DNA of 64,000 nucleotides. Origin: Reyranella sp. Its GTDB lineage: Bacteria > Pseudomonadota > Alphaproteobacteria > Reyranellales > Reyranellaceae. The stretch lies in assembly GCA_046296475.1 (NCBI GenBank), contig JBKBLH010000023.1:24649-88648 (forward strand), written 5' to 3'. Positions 17,996 to 27,181 of this stretch are shown here, piece after piece. The translations under genes and the position numbers were made by a program. Position 1 is the first letter of the stretch; every line of letters begins with the position of its first letter. The notes beneath the pieces were generated by a model. It ran no database searches. It saw only the letters and a program-made list of their open reading frames with translations, and was not told the DNA's origin.

Positions 17996-18949
17996 ATGAG
18001 CATCAAGCAGGTCACGGTCTTTGGCGGCAGCGGCTTCGTCGGCCGCGCCATCGTGCGGGCGCTGGCGCAGGCCGGCTACCAGGTCCGCGTGGCCTGCCGG
18101 CGCATCGAGCTCGCGGAGCGGATCAAGACCGCGGGCGATGTCGGCCAGATCACCATCCTGCGCACCAACCTGCGCATCCCCGCCTCGGTCGCGGCCGCGG
18201 TTGCCGGCAGCCAGGCCGTGATCAACGCCTCCGGCATCCCCTTCCAGCGCGGCCGGCAGCGTTACGACGCCGTCCATGTCGAGGGCGCGCGGGCGATCGC
18301 GGACGCCGCCAAGGCCGCCGGCGTCCAGCGTCTCGTGCATATTTCCGGCATCGGTGCGGACCAGCGCAATTCGACCAATAAATTCATCCGCTCCAAGGTC
18401 GATGCCGAGGATGCGATCATCGCGGGCTTCCCGAACGCCACGTTCCTGCGCCTGAGCGTGGTCTTCGGCCCCGAGGACGCGATGTTCAACCGCATGGCCC
18501 AGATCGCCCGCCGAGCGCCCTTCCTGCCCGTCGTTGGCAATGGCTTGGCCAAGGTGCAGCCGGTCTATGTCGGCGATGTCGGCAGTGCCGCTGTCGCCGT
18601 CCTCGAGCGGCCCGACACGGCCAGGACCGTTTTCGAGCTGGGCGGTCCGCGCGTCTACACCTACCGCGAGATCGGTGAGCTGGTGCTGCGCGAGATCGAC
18701 CGCCGCAAGCGGATCGTTGGCATCCCGGCCGGCCTGATGAAGATCGCGGGCTTCTTCGCCGAATTCCTGCCAGTGCCGCCGCTGACTCACGACCAGGTCG
18801 ACCTGCTGGTGACGGACAATGTCGTCCGCCCGGGCGCTCCGGGACTGGCGCAGCTCGGCATCACGCCGACCGCGGCCGAGGCCATCCTGCCGATGTACCT
18901 CGACCGCTATCGCGTAGGCGGCCGCTACAACCAGCACGCTCCAGCCTGA
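17996..18949 (+). CDS. complex I NDUFA9-subunit-like / NAD(P)-binding SDR-type protein
   Basis: 317 aa with an N-terminal Rossmann motif VTVFGGSGFVGRAIVRAL. Confidence 0.8.
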   Translation: MSIKQVTVFGGSGFVGRAIVRALAQAGYQVRVACRRIELAERIKTAGDVGQITILRTNLRIPASVAAAVAGSQAVINASGIPFQRGRQRYDAVHVEGARAIADAAKAAGVQRLVHISGIGADQRNSTNKFIRSKVDAEDAIIAGFPNATFLRLSVVFGPEDAMFNRMAQIARRAPFLPVVGNGLAKVQPVYVGDVGSAAVAVLERPDTARTVFELGGPRVYTYREIGELVLREIDRRKRIVGIPAGLMKIAGFFAEFLPVPPLTHDQVDLLVTDNVVRPGAPGLAQLGITPTAAEAILPMYLDRYRVGGRYNQHAPA

Positions 18950-18994
18950 CATCAGAGTAAAGCCGTCATCAACGGCGCGTATGCTTGGCCAGAA

Positions 18995-19129
18995 CAATTA
19001 GTCCGTTTTCGGTACCAATTAGTCTCCAAAGCAGGCAATTATTCAACCGCATGCGTCCCAGAGAATTTCTCGTCCGCCTATTAGGTCAATAACATTGACT
19101 AACGTTTCGCGGCATGGTTTAAGCATGCC
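18995..19129 (+). promoter_or_regulatory. AT-rich regulatory region upstream of gltD with phased repeats and palindromes
   Basis: CAATTAGTC occurs at 18995 and 19016, and CAATTATTC at 19036 (21- and 20-bp phasing). GTCAAT-AAC-ATTGAC is at 19085-19099. GGCATG-N7-CATGCC is at 19111-19129 and also reads as a GG-N10-GC sigma-54-like element (GGCATGgtttAAGCA). Confidence 0.4.
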
Positions 19130-19203
19130 AACAACGCAGCAAAGGCGCGATCGGCGCGCTTCTTGCGTAATAAAATTTCACAAATTGTCCGAGGAGGCCG
19201 GGG

Positions 19204-20646
19204 ATGGCCGAGAGGATGCTGAAGTTCGTCGGAACGCCGCAAGCCATGCCCGACAAGCGGCCGGCAGCCGAACGCCGCCGCGACTTCGACGAGATTTACG
19301 AGGGCTTCGCCAAGGACAAGGCGGCCGAGCAGGCGGCGCGGTGCTCGCAATGCGGCGTGCCCTTCTGTCAGATCCATTGTCCGCTGCACAACAACATCCC
19401 CGACTGGCTGAAGCTCACCGCCGAGGGTCGGCTCGAAGAAGCCTACGAACTCTCCTCCGCGACCAACAACTTCCCCGAGATCTGCGGCCGCATCTGTCCG
19501 CAGGACCGCCTCTGCGAAGGCAACTGCGTCATCGAGAAGGGCTTCGAATCGGTCACGATCGGCTCGGTCGAGAAGTACATCACGGACACCGCCTGGCAGC
19601 GCGGCTGGGTGAAGCCGATCCAGCCGCGGCGCGAGCGGCCAGAGAGCGTCGGCATCGTCGGCGCCGGCCCGGCCGGCCTGGCGGCGGCCGAGCAGCTTCG
19701 GCGCAAGGGCTACCAGGTCGCGGTCTACGATCGCTACGACCGGGTCGGCGGCCTGCTGATCTACGGTATTCCCAACTTCAAGCTCGAGAAGGAGATCGTG
19801 CAGCGCCGCGAGACGCTGCTGCGCGACTCGAAGGTCACCTTCCACCTGAACTGCGAGGTCGGCCGCGACGTCACGCTCGAGGAGCTGCGCGCGCGCCACG
19901 GCGCCGTGCTGATTGCCACCGGCGTCTACAAGGCGCGCGACATTGCTGCCCCCGGCGTCGGTCTCGCGGGCATCGTCCCGGCGCTCGATTACCTGACCAC
20001 CTCGAATCGCCAGGGCCTCGGCGACACCGTCCCCGCGTTCGAGTCGGGTATGCTGAATGCCGCGGGCAAGAACGTCGTGGTGATCGGCGGCGGCGACACG
20101 GCGATGGATTGCGTGCGCACGGCGGTGCGCCAGGGCGCGAAGTCGGTGAAGTGCCTCTATCGCCGCGACCGCGCCAACATGCCGGGCTCCCAGCGCGAGG
20201 TGAAGCACGCCGAGGAGGAAGGAGTCGAGTTCGTCTGGCTGGCCGCGCCGCAGGCCTTCCTCGGCCAGGAGACGGTGAGCCACGTCCGCACCGTGCGCAT
20301 CCATCTCGGCATGCCCGACGCCTCGGGCCGCCAAACGCCGCAGGAGATTCCCAACAGCCATGTGAACGTCGAGGCCGATCTCGTGCTGATGGCGCTGGGC
20401 TTCGATCCCGAGGACCTGCCGACCGCGCTGAGTGCGCCCGACCTCGGCGTCACCGGCTGGAACACGCTCAAGATCGACTGGAAGAGCATGATGACCAGCC
20501 TCGACGGCGTTTTCGCCGCCGGCGACATCGTGCGCGGCGCCTCGCTGGTCGTATGGGCGGTGCGCGACGGCCGCGACGCCGCCGAGCGCATCCACACCTA
20601 CCTTGCGACGAAGGCGCTGGCGGCCCAGCGCATCGCGGCGGAGTAG
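19204..20646 (+). CDS. gltD: glutamate synthase (NADPH) small subunit
   Basis: 480 aa with N-terminal Fe-S cysteines (CSQCGVPFCQIHCPLHNNIPDW…CGRICPQDRLCEGNC) and two dinucleotide folds (VGIVGAGPAGLAAA; VVVIGGGDTAMDC). Confidence 0.93.
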   Translation: MAERMLKFVGTPQAMPDKRPAAERRRDFDEIYEGFAKDKAAEQAARCSQCGVPFCQIHCPLHNNIPDWLKLTAEGRLEEAYELSSATNNFPEICGRICPQDRLCEGNCVIEKGFESVTIGSVEKYITDTAWQRGWVKPIQPRRERPESVGIVGAGPAGLAAAEQLRRKGYQVAVYDRYDRVGGLLIYGIPNFKLEKEIVQRRETLLRDSKVTFHLNCEVGRDVTLEELRARHGAVLIATGVYKARDIAAPGVGLAGIVPALDYLTTSNRQGLGDTVPAFESGMLNAAGKNVVVIGGGDTAMDCVRTAVRQGAKSVKCLYRRDRANMPGSQREVKHAEEEGVEFVWLAAPQAFLGQETVSHVRTVRIHLGMPDASGRQTPQEIPNSHVNVEADLVLMALGFDPEDLPTALSAPDLGVTGWNTLKIDWKSMMTSLDGVFAAGDIVRGASLVVWAVRDGRDAAERIHTYLATKALAAQRIAAE

Positions 20647-20649
20647 GGG

Positions 20650-21261
20650 ATGCTGAAGGTCTACGACTTCACCGGGTCGGGCAACGGCTACAAGGTCTGG
20701 CTGCTGCTGTCGCAGCTCTGCCTGCCGTTCGAGCGCATCGAGCGCGACATCCTGAAGGGCGAGACGCGCACGCCCGAGTTCCTCGCGAAGAACCCAAACG
20801 GTCGCATCCCGACGCTGGAACTGGAGGATGGCTCCTTCCTCTTCGAATCGGGCGCGATCCTCTGGTACCTGGCCGAGGGCACGCCGTTTGCGCCGACCGA
20901 TCGTCTGGCACGGGCGAAGACGCTGCAGTGGATGTTCTTCGAGCAGTACAGCCACGAGCCCTACATTGCCGTGGCGCGCTTCTGGAAGCACTTCCTCGAC
21001 GAGCTGTCGCCGCAGCAGGAAGCCAACCTGCCCGACATCATGAGGAAGGGCTACGCGGCCCTCGACGTGATGGAGAGGCATCTCGCGACGCGCGCCTTCT
21101 TCGTCGAAGACCGCTACGGGCTCGCCGACATCGCGCTCTATGCCTACACCCATGTCGCCGACGAGGGCGGGTTCGACCTGTCGCGCTATCCCAGCATTGC
21201 AGCTTGGATGGCCCGGGTGAAAGCGCAGCCCGGCCATGTCGCGATCGATCATGAGTTCTAA
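20650..21261 (+). CDS. glutathione S-transferase family protein
   Basis: 203 aa with a GST N-domain pattern (…NPNGRIPTLELEDGSFLFESGAILWYLA…). It starts 3 nt after the gltD stop. Confidence 0.8.
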   Translation: MLKVYDFTGSGNGYKVWLLLSQLCLPFERIERDILKGETRTPEFLAKNPNGRIPTLELEDGSFLFESGAILWYLAEGTPFAPTDRLARAKTLQWMFFEQYSHEPYIAVARFWKHFLDELSPQQEANLPDIMRKGYAALDVMERHLATRAFFVEDRYGLADIALYAYTHVADEGGFDLSRYPSIAAWMARVKAQPGHVAIDHEF

Positions 21262-21279
21262 CCACGGGAGAAGAAGAAA

Positions 21280-21465
21280 ATGCCGATGATCAACGTCCAG
21301 ATGTTCGAGGGCCGCACCATCGAGCAGCGTCGCGCGCTGGCGAAGGAGCTGACCGAGGGCACCTGCCGCGCGCTGGGCTGCACGCCCGACGCCGTGCAGA
21401 TCATCCTCACCGACATCAAGAAAGAGAACTGGGCCGAGGCCGGCAAGCTGTTCTCCGACACATGA
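21280..21465 (+). CDS. 4-oxalocrotonate tautomerase family enzyme
   Basis: 61 aa starting MPMINVQMFEGRT (catalytic Pro1 after Met removal), with the typical size for this family. Confidence 0.8.
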   Translation: MPMINVQMFEGRTIEQRRALAKELTEGTCRALGCTPDAVQIILTDIKKENWAEAGKLFSDT

Positions 21466-21518
21466 CCTTCTGACCGAAAGACCCGTCGCCCCGCAAAGCC
21501 ACGGGAAGGATCAAAACC

Positions 21519-24500
21519 ATGACCACCCGTCCCTTCGATGCCGAGCAGTTCGTCCGCGACTACAGGAGCGGCACCGCCAAGCTCACCGCCGCCTATGGCT
21601 ACAATCCCGCCGAGGGACTCGATTCCTGCGGCGTCGGTCTGGTGGTCGCGCTGGACGGCAAGCGACGCCGCGACGTCGTGGTGGCGGGTATCGATGCGCT
21701 GAAGGCGGTGTGGCACCGCGGCGCCGTCGACGCCGACGGCAAGACAGGCGACGGCGCGGGCCTCCACGTCGAGATCCCGCAGGACTTCTTCAAGGACTAT
21801 GTCCGCGATTCGAGCGGCGAGGTCCCGCAGGTCGGCCGCATCGCGGTCGGCATGGTGTTCCTGCCGCGCACCGACCTCGGCGCGCAGGAGCGCTGCCGCA
21901 CCATCGTCGAAACCGAGATCCTGCGCTTCGGCCACACGATCCTGGGCTGGCGGCAGGTGCCGGTCGACATCTCGGTCATCGGCGCCAAGGCCAACGAGAC
22001 GCGGCCCGAGATCGAGCAGATCCTGATCGGCCGCGGCGACGCGAAGCTCGACAACCGCGAGTTCGAGAAGCAGCTCTACATCCTGCGGCGGCGCATGGAG
22101 AAGGCGGCGCTGGCCGAGAACATCGCCGAGTTCTACGTCTGCTCGCTCTCCTGCCGCTCGGTCGTCTACAAGGGCATGTTCCTCGCCGAACATCTGTCGG
22201 CCTTCTATCCCGACCTGCTCGACGAGCGGTTCGTGTCGCGCTTCGCGATCTTCCACCAGCGCTATTCGACCAACACCTTCCCGCAATGGAAGCTGGCGCA
22301 GCCCTTCCGCGTGCTCGCCCACAACGGCGAGATCAACACCATCCTGGGCAACGTCAACTGGATGAAGAGCCACGAGGCGCGCCTCGAGCACGAGAATTTC
22401 GGCCCCTTCATCGAGGACCTGAAGCCGATCGTGCAGCCCGGCGCCTCCGACTCGTCGGCGCTCGACAACGTGTTCGAGCTGCTGGTGCGCGGCCATCGCA
22501 ACCTGCCGATGGTCAAGACGATGATGATCCCCGAGGCCTCGGCGACGAACCCCAACGTGCCGGCAGAGCATCGCGCGATGTACAACTACGTGAACGGCGT
22601 CATGGAGCCATGGGACGGTCCGGCCGCCATCGCCGCCGTCGCCGGCAAGTGGGCGCTGGTCGGGCTCGACCGCAACGGTCTGCGCCCGATGCGCTACGTC
22701 ATGACGTCGACCGACCTGCTGATCGCCGGCTCCGAGGCCGGCATGGTGCCGCAGGACGAAGCCCGGATCGTCGAGAAGGGCCGCCTCGGCCCCGGCGAGA
22801 TGCTGGCCGTCGATATGGACCAGCCCAGGGTCTACAAGGACCGCGAGCTGAAGGACATGCTCGCCGCGACGCACGACTATGCGAGCTGGACGACGCGCAC
22901 GGTCGAGCTCGATTCGCTGATCCGGCAGGACGCGCCGGCGGCCGAGCACTTCCCCGCCGACGAGCTGCGCCGCCGCCAGTTCGCGGCCGGCTGGTCGATC
23001 GAGGATCTCGAGGCGATCCTCCATCCCATGGTGGAGGACGGCAAGGAGGCCGTCGGCTCGATGGGCGACGACGCGCCGCTCGCGGTGTTGAGCGACACCT
23101 ATCGCGGCATGCACCACTATTTCCGGCAGAACTTCAGCCAGGTCACCAACCCGCCGATCGACAGCTTGCGCGAGCGCAACGTGATGACGATCCGCACGCG
23201 GCTGGGCAACCTCGGCAACATCCTCGACGAGACGCCCGACCAGAGCGAAATGCTCTCGCTGCAGTCGCCGATCGTGCTCAACGCCGAGTTCGAGGCGATG
23301 CGCAAGTACATGGGCGACACGGCGGCGCGCATCGACTGTACATTCGACCCCCGTCCTGGAGATGGGAGGGGCGGACTCGACGCGATGCGCCAGTCCTTCG
23401 AACGCATCTGCAAGGAGGCCGAGGACGCGGTGCGCAGCGGCTGCCTGCACATCGTGCTGACCGACGCCAATATCGGCCCCGACCGCGCCGCCTTGCCGAT
23501 GATCTTGGCGGCCGGCGCCGTGCACTCCTACCTGGTGCGCCAGTCGCTGCGCACTTTCACCTCGCTGAACGTGCGCTCGGGCGAGTGCCTCGACGTGCAC
23601 TATGTCGCCGTCATCATCGGCGTCGGCGCAACGACGGTGAACCCCTACCTCGCCGAGGAGACGATCGCGGCCCGGCACGCGCGCGGCCTGTTCGGCAAGC
23701 TGTCGCTCGGCCAGTGCCTCGCCAACTTCAAGAAGGCGCTGGACGAGGGTCTGCTCAAGGTGATGTCCAAGATGGGCATCTCGGTCCTGTCGTCCTACCG
23801 CGGCGGCTGCAACTTCGAGGCGGTCGGCCTGTCGCGCTCGCTGGTCGCGGAGTTCTTCCCCGGCATGCCCTCGCGCATCTCGGGGATCGGCCTGCGCGGC
23901 GTGCAGGAGAAGATCGCCGAGCAGCATGCCCGTGCCTTCGACGAGGACGTGATCGCGCTGCCGATCGGCGGTTTCTACAAGGCGCGCCGCGGCGGCGACC
24001 GCCACAATTTCGAGGGTGCGCTGATCCACATGCTGCAGGATGCGGTGAACACCGAGTCCTACGCCAAGTACCGCAAGTACAGCGAGGCAGTGCGCCGCCA
24101 GCCGCCGATCAACCTGCGCGACCTGCTCGACTTCAAGACCGACCGTGCGCCCATCCCGCTCGACGACGTCGAATCGATCACCGAGCTGCGCAAGCGCCTG
24201 GTGGCGCCCGGCATCTCGCTGGGCGCCCTGGGTCCGGAAGCGCACGAGACGCTGTCGATCGCCATGAATCGCATCGGCGCCAAGTCCGATTCCGGCGAGG
24301 GCGGCGAGGATGCCGCACGCTACCGGCCGCGGCCGAACGGCGACAATGCCTCCTCGGCCATCAAGCAGGTCGCATCGGGCCGCTTCGGCGTCACCGCCGA
24401 ATACCTGAACAACTGCCGCGAGCTCGAGATCAAGGTCGCCCAGGGCGCCAAGCCCGGCGAGGGCGGCCAGCTGCCCGGCCTCAAGGTGACGGAGATGATC

Positions 24501-26078
24501 GCGCGGCTGCGTCACTCGACGCCGGGCGTCACCCTGATCAGCCCGCCGCCGCATCACGACATCTATTCGATCGAGGATCTGGCGCAGCTGATCTACGACC
24601 TGAAGCAGATCAACCCCGAGGCGCGCGTGACCGTTAAGCTGGTCGCGCGCTCCGGCATCGGCACGATCGCGGCGGGCGTGGCCAAGGCCAAGGCCGACGT
24701 GATCCTGGTGTCGGGCCACAATGGCGGCACCGGCGCCTCGCCGCAGACCAGCATCAAGTATGCCGGCATCCCCTGGGAGATGGGCCTTTCCGAGACCCAC
24801 CAGGTGCTGACCCTGAACCGCCTGCGGGACAAGGTTCTGCTGCGCACCGACGGCGGCATCAAGACCGGCCGCGACGTGGTCATCGCCGCCATGCTGGGCG
24901 CCGAGGAATACGGTCTCGGCACGGCCTCGCTGATCGCCATGGGCTGCATCATGGTGCGCCAGTGCCATTCCAACACCTGCCCGGTCGGCGTCTGCACGCA
25001 GGACCCGAAGCTGCGCGAGAAGTTCGAGGGTTCGCCGGAGAAGGTCGTCAACCTGTTCAGCTTCGTGGCCGAGGAGGTGCGCGAGATCCTGGCGCAGCTC
25101 GGCTACCGGTCGCTGCTCGAGATCGTCGGCCGTTCCGACCTCCTGAAGCAGGTGAGCCGCGGTGCGCGCATCCTCGACGATCTCGACCTCAACCCGCTGC
25201 TGACGCGGGCCGACGGCGGCCGCGAGGCCGTGCACTGCACGGTCGAGGGCCGCAACGAGGTGCCCGACACGCTCGACGCCCAGATGCTGCGCGACGTGCA
25301 GCCGCTCTTCACCCACCGCGAGAAGATGCAGCTGCAGTACAGCGTCCGGAACACCCATCGCGCCGTCGGCACGCGCCTGTCGGCGATGATCACGCGAAAG
25401 TACGGCATGACCGGCCTGCCGCCCGACACCGTGACCGTGCGGCTGCGCGGCACCGCCGGCCAGTCGCTGGGCGCCTTCGCCGTGCAGGGCATGAAGCTCG
25501 AAGTGTTCGGCGACGCCAACGACTATGTCGGCAAGGGGTTGAGCGGCGGCACCATCGTGGTCAAGCCGACCATCTCGAGCCCCTTGGTGCCGGAGGCCAA
25601 CGCCATCATCGGCAACACGGTCCTGTACGGCGCGACGGCCGGCAAGCTCTTCGCCTCGGGCCGCGCCGGCGAACGCTTCGCGGTGCGCAACTCCGGCGCC
25701 GATGCGGTGGTCGAGGGGCTGGGCTCGAACGGCTGCGAGTACATGACCGGCGGCACCGCGGTGATCCTGGGACCGATCGGCGTCAACTTCGGCGCCGGCA
25801 TGACCGGCGGCATGGCGTTCGTCTACGACCCGGAGGATGCGTTCAGGCTGAAGGTCAATCCCGAGACCGTGACGTGGCAGCGCGTCGACCACCCGCACTG
25901 GGAGACCGTGCTGAAGGGCCTGGTGGCGGAGCACGTTGCCGAGACCAAGTCGCCGCTGGGCGCTCGCCTGCTGAACGACTGGGATCGCGAGGTCGGGCAT
26001 TTCTGGCAGGTCGTGCCGAAGGAGATGCTGACGCGCCTGCCGCAGCCCCTTACCGTCGCCCAGGAGAAGCGCGCGTAA
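21519..26078 (+). CDS. gltB: glutamate synthase large subunit
   Basis: 1519 aa. It has an N-terminal amidotransferase Cys (DSCGVGLVV), a central FMN/3Fe-4S region (…CIMVRQCHSNTCPVGVCTQDP…) and a C-terminal GXGXG beta-helix region. Confidence 0.96.
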   Translation: MTTRPFDAEQFVRDYRSGTAKLTAAYGYNPAEGLDSCGVGLVVALDGKRRRDVVVAGIDALKAVWHRGAVDADGKTGDGAGLHVEIPQDFFKDYVRDSSGEVPQVGRIAVGMVFLPRTDLGAQERCRTIVETEILRFGHTILGWRQVPVDISVIGAKANETRPEIEQILIGRGDAKLDNREFEKQLYILRRRMEKAALAENIAEFYVCSLSCRSVVYKGMFLAEHLSAFYPDLLDERFVSRFAIFHQRYSTNTFPQWKLAQPFRVLAHNGEINTILGNVNWMKSHEARLEHENFGPFIEDLKPIVQPGASDSSALDNVFELLVRGHRNLPMVKTMMIPEASATNPNVPAEHRAMYNYVNGVMEPWDGPAAIAAVAGKWALVGLDRNGLRPMRYVMTSTDLLIAGSEAGMVPQDEARIVEKGRLGPGEMLAVDMDQPRVYKDRELKDMLAATHDYASWTTRTVELDSLIRQDAPAAEHFPADELRRRQFAAGWSIEDLEAILHPMVEDGKEAVGSMGDDAPLAVLSDTYRGMHHYFRQNFSQVTNPPIDSLRERNVMTIRTRLGNLGNILDETPDQSEMLSLQSPIVLNAEFEAMRKYMGDTAARIDCTFDPRPGDGRGGLDAMRQSFERICKEAEDAVRSGCLHIVLTDANIGPDRAALPMILAAGAVHSYLVRQSLRTFTSLNVRSGECLDVHYVAVIIGVGATTVNPYLAEETIAARHARGLFGKLSLGQCLANFKKALDEGLLKVMSKMGISVLSSYRGGCNFEAVGLSRSLVAEFFPGMPSRISGIGLRGVQEKIAEQHARAFDEDVIALPIGGFYKARRGGDRHNFEGALIHMLQDAVNTESYAKYRKYSEAVRRQPPINLRDLLDFKTDRAPIPLDDVESITELRKRLVAPGISLGALGPEAHETLSIAMNRIGAKSDSGEGGEDAARYRPRPNGDNASSAIKQVASGRFGVTAEYLNNCRELEIKVAQGAKPGEGGQLPGLKVTEMIARLRHSTPGVTLISPPPHHDIYSIEDLAQLIYDLKQINPEARVTVKLVARSGIGTIAAGVAKAKADVILVSGHNGGTGASPQTSIKYAGIPWEMGLSETHQVLTLNRLRDKVLLRTDGGIKTGRDVVIAAMLGAEEYGLGTASLIAMGCIMVRQCHSNTCPVGVCTQDPKLREKFEGSPEKVVNLFSFVAEEVREILAQLGYRSLLEIVGRSDLLKQVSRGARILDDLDLNPLLTRADGGREAVHCTVEGRNEVPDTLDAQMLRDVQPLFTHREKMQLQYSVRNTHRAVGTRLSAMITRKYGMTGLPPDTVTVRLRGTAGQSLGAFAVQGMKLEVFGDANDYVGKGLSGGTIVVKPTISSPLVPEANAIIGNTVLYGATAGKLFASGRAGERFAVRNSGADAVVEGLGSNGCEYMTGGTAVILGPIGVNFGAGMTGGMAFVYDPEDAFRLKVNPETVTWQRVDHPHWETVLKGLVAEHVAETKSPLGARLLNDWDREVGHFWQVVPKEMLTRLPQPLTVAQEKRA

Positions 26079-26087
26079 CGCTAATCT

Positions 26088-26214
26088 CCGTCGTCCCGAC
26101 CGGAGCCTCGCGTAGCGAGGCGTAGTGGAGAGACCTTTTTTCCACGATTGGCCAGCTTTGGTGGAACGAAGGTCTCTCCACTCCGCACCTGCGGTGCTTC
26201 GGTCGAGACGACGG
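26088..26214. repeat. long imperfect palindromic MITE/REP-like element (~127 bp)
   Basis: Left arm 26088-26135 and right arm 26171-26214 are reverse-complementary with small internal differences. Pairing extends inward (TTCCAC / GTGGAA) to leave a ~15-nt loop. Each arm holds its own small hairpin (CCTCGC-GTAG-CGAGG). Confidence 0.7.
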
Positions 26215-26286
26215 ATTTAGTCGTATTGAACCTCAATTCATCTGGCTCTGAATACGCCGGCAAAGAGACAACGGAGGAAACGTCCC

Positions 26287-27177
26287 ATGAGCGACCTGCG
26301 GCCTTCGCGCGTGGCGTGGCTGCAGCTCGGCCTGGTCGTCGTGCTGTTCGGCCTGGCCTGGCCGGTCATCCGGATCGGCCTCGACGCGGGCACGCCGATC
26401 TGGCTGGCGGCGGCGCGCGCCACCCTGTCGGCCGCGACGGCCTTCGTCCTGGTCGCGGCCCTTAAGCGCCTCGCCTGGCCCGGCCGCGCCGACTGGCCGA
26501 TCATCCTGTCGGTCGGCGCGCTGCAGCTCACCTGCTTCTTCGCGTTCGCCAATCTCGGCGTGCAGATCGTGCCGCCCGGCCGCTCGGGCGTGCTGGCCTA
26601 TACGACGATGCTCTGGATGGTGCCGCTCTCCTGGATGGTCGGCGAGAAGGTTGGTCGCCGCGCCTTCGCCGGGGCCGTCCTCGGCGTTGCGGGCATCATC
26701 GTCCTCATCGATCCGCTGCGCTTCGACTGGAGCGATCGGCGGGTGATGCTGGGCCATGGCTGGCTGCTGGCCGCGGGCTTCACCTGGGCTCTGGCGATCC
26801 TGCATGCCCGCCGCCACGCCTGGCGCATGTCGCCGCTCGACGTGCTGCCCTGGCAGATGGGCGTGGCCACGGTGCTGCTGTGGATCCTCGCCTTCACCCT
26901 GGAACCGGCGGGCTCCCTCGACCTGCACCATCCCTCGCTGTGGCTCGCCCTGCTCTATCTCGGCGTGCTGGCCGGGCCGACGGCAACATGGGCCGCCGTC
27001 TCGGTCGCGCGCGCCCTGCCGCCGGTCACCGGCTCGCTCGGCATGCTGGGCGTGCCCTTGCTGGCCATCGCCAGCTCGGTGGTGCTGGTCGGCGAGCCCG
27101 TCACCTGGCCGCTGGCGATCGGCACGGCGCTGGTGATTGCGGGAATTGCCATCGTGATCCTGGACAGGAACAATTGA
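26287..27177 (+). CDS. DMT superfamily (EamA-like) transporter
   Basis: 296 aa with about 10 hydrophobic segments in a two-fold repeated EamA-like organisation. Confidence 0.8.
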   Translation: MSDLRPSRVAWLQLGLVVVLFGLAWPVIRIGLDAGTPIWLAAARATLSAATAFVLVAALKRLAWPGRADWPIILSVGALQLTCFFAFANLGVQIVPPGRSGVLAYTTMLWMVPLSWMVGEKVGRRAFAGAVLGVAGIIVLIDPLRFDWSDRRVMLGHGWLLAAGFTWALAILHARRHAWRMSPLDVLPWQMGVATVLLWILAFTLEPAGSLDLHHPSLWLALLYLGVLAGPTATWAAVSVARALPPVTGSLGMLGVPLLAIASSVVLVGEPVTWPLAIGTALVIAGIAIVILDRNN

Positions 27178-27181
27178 GCCC

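Noticed and set aside
21258-26000. 1580-aa minus-strand ORF
   Set aside because: It is exactly antisense to gltB, whose product is unmistakable. The composition is dominated by A/R/G/D/L/V. It is a GC-rich antisense artefact. The same reasoning applies to 19099-21252 (antisense to gltD/GST), 37014-38858 (antisense to katG), 43681-45861, 14853-16439, 8391-10409, 2922-4427, 28580-29236, 30148-31173 and the many other overlapping track ORFs.
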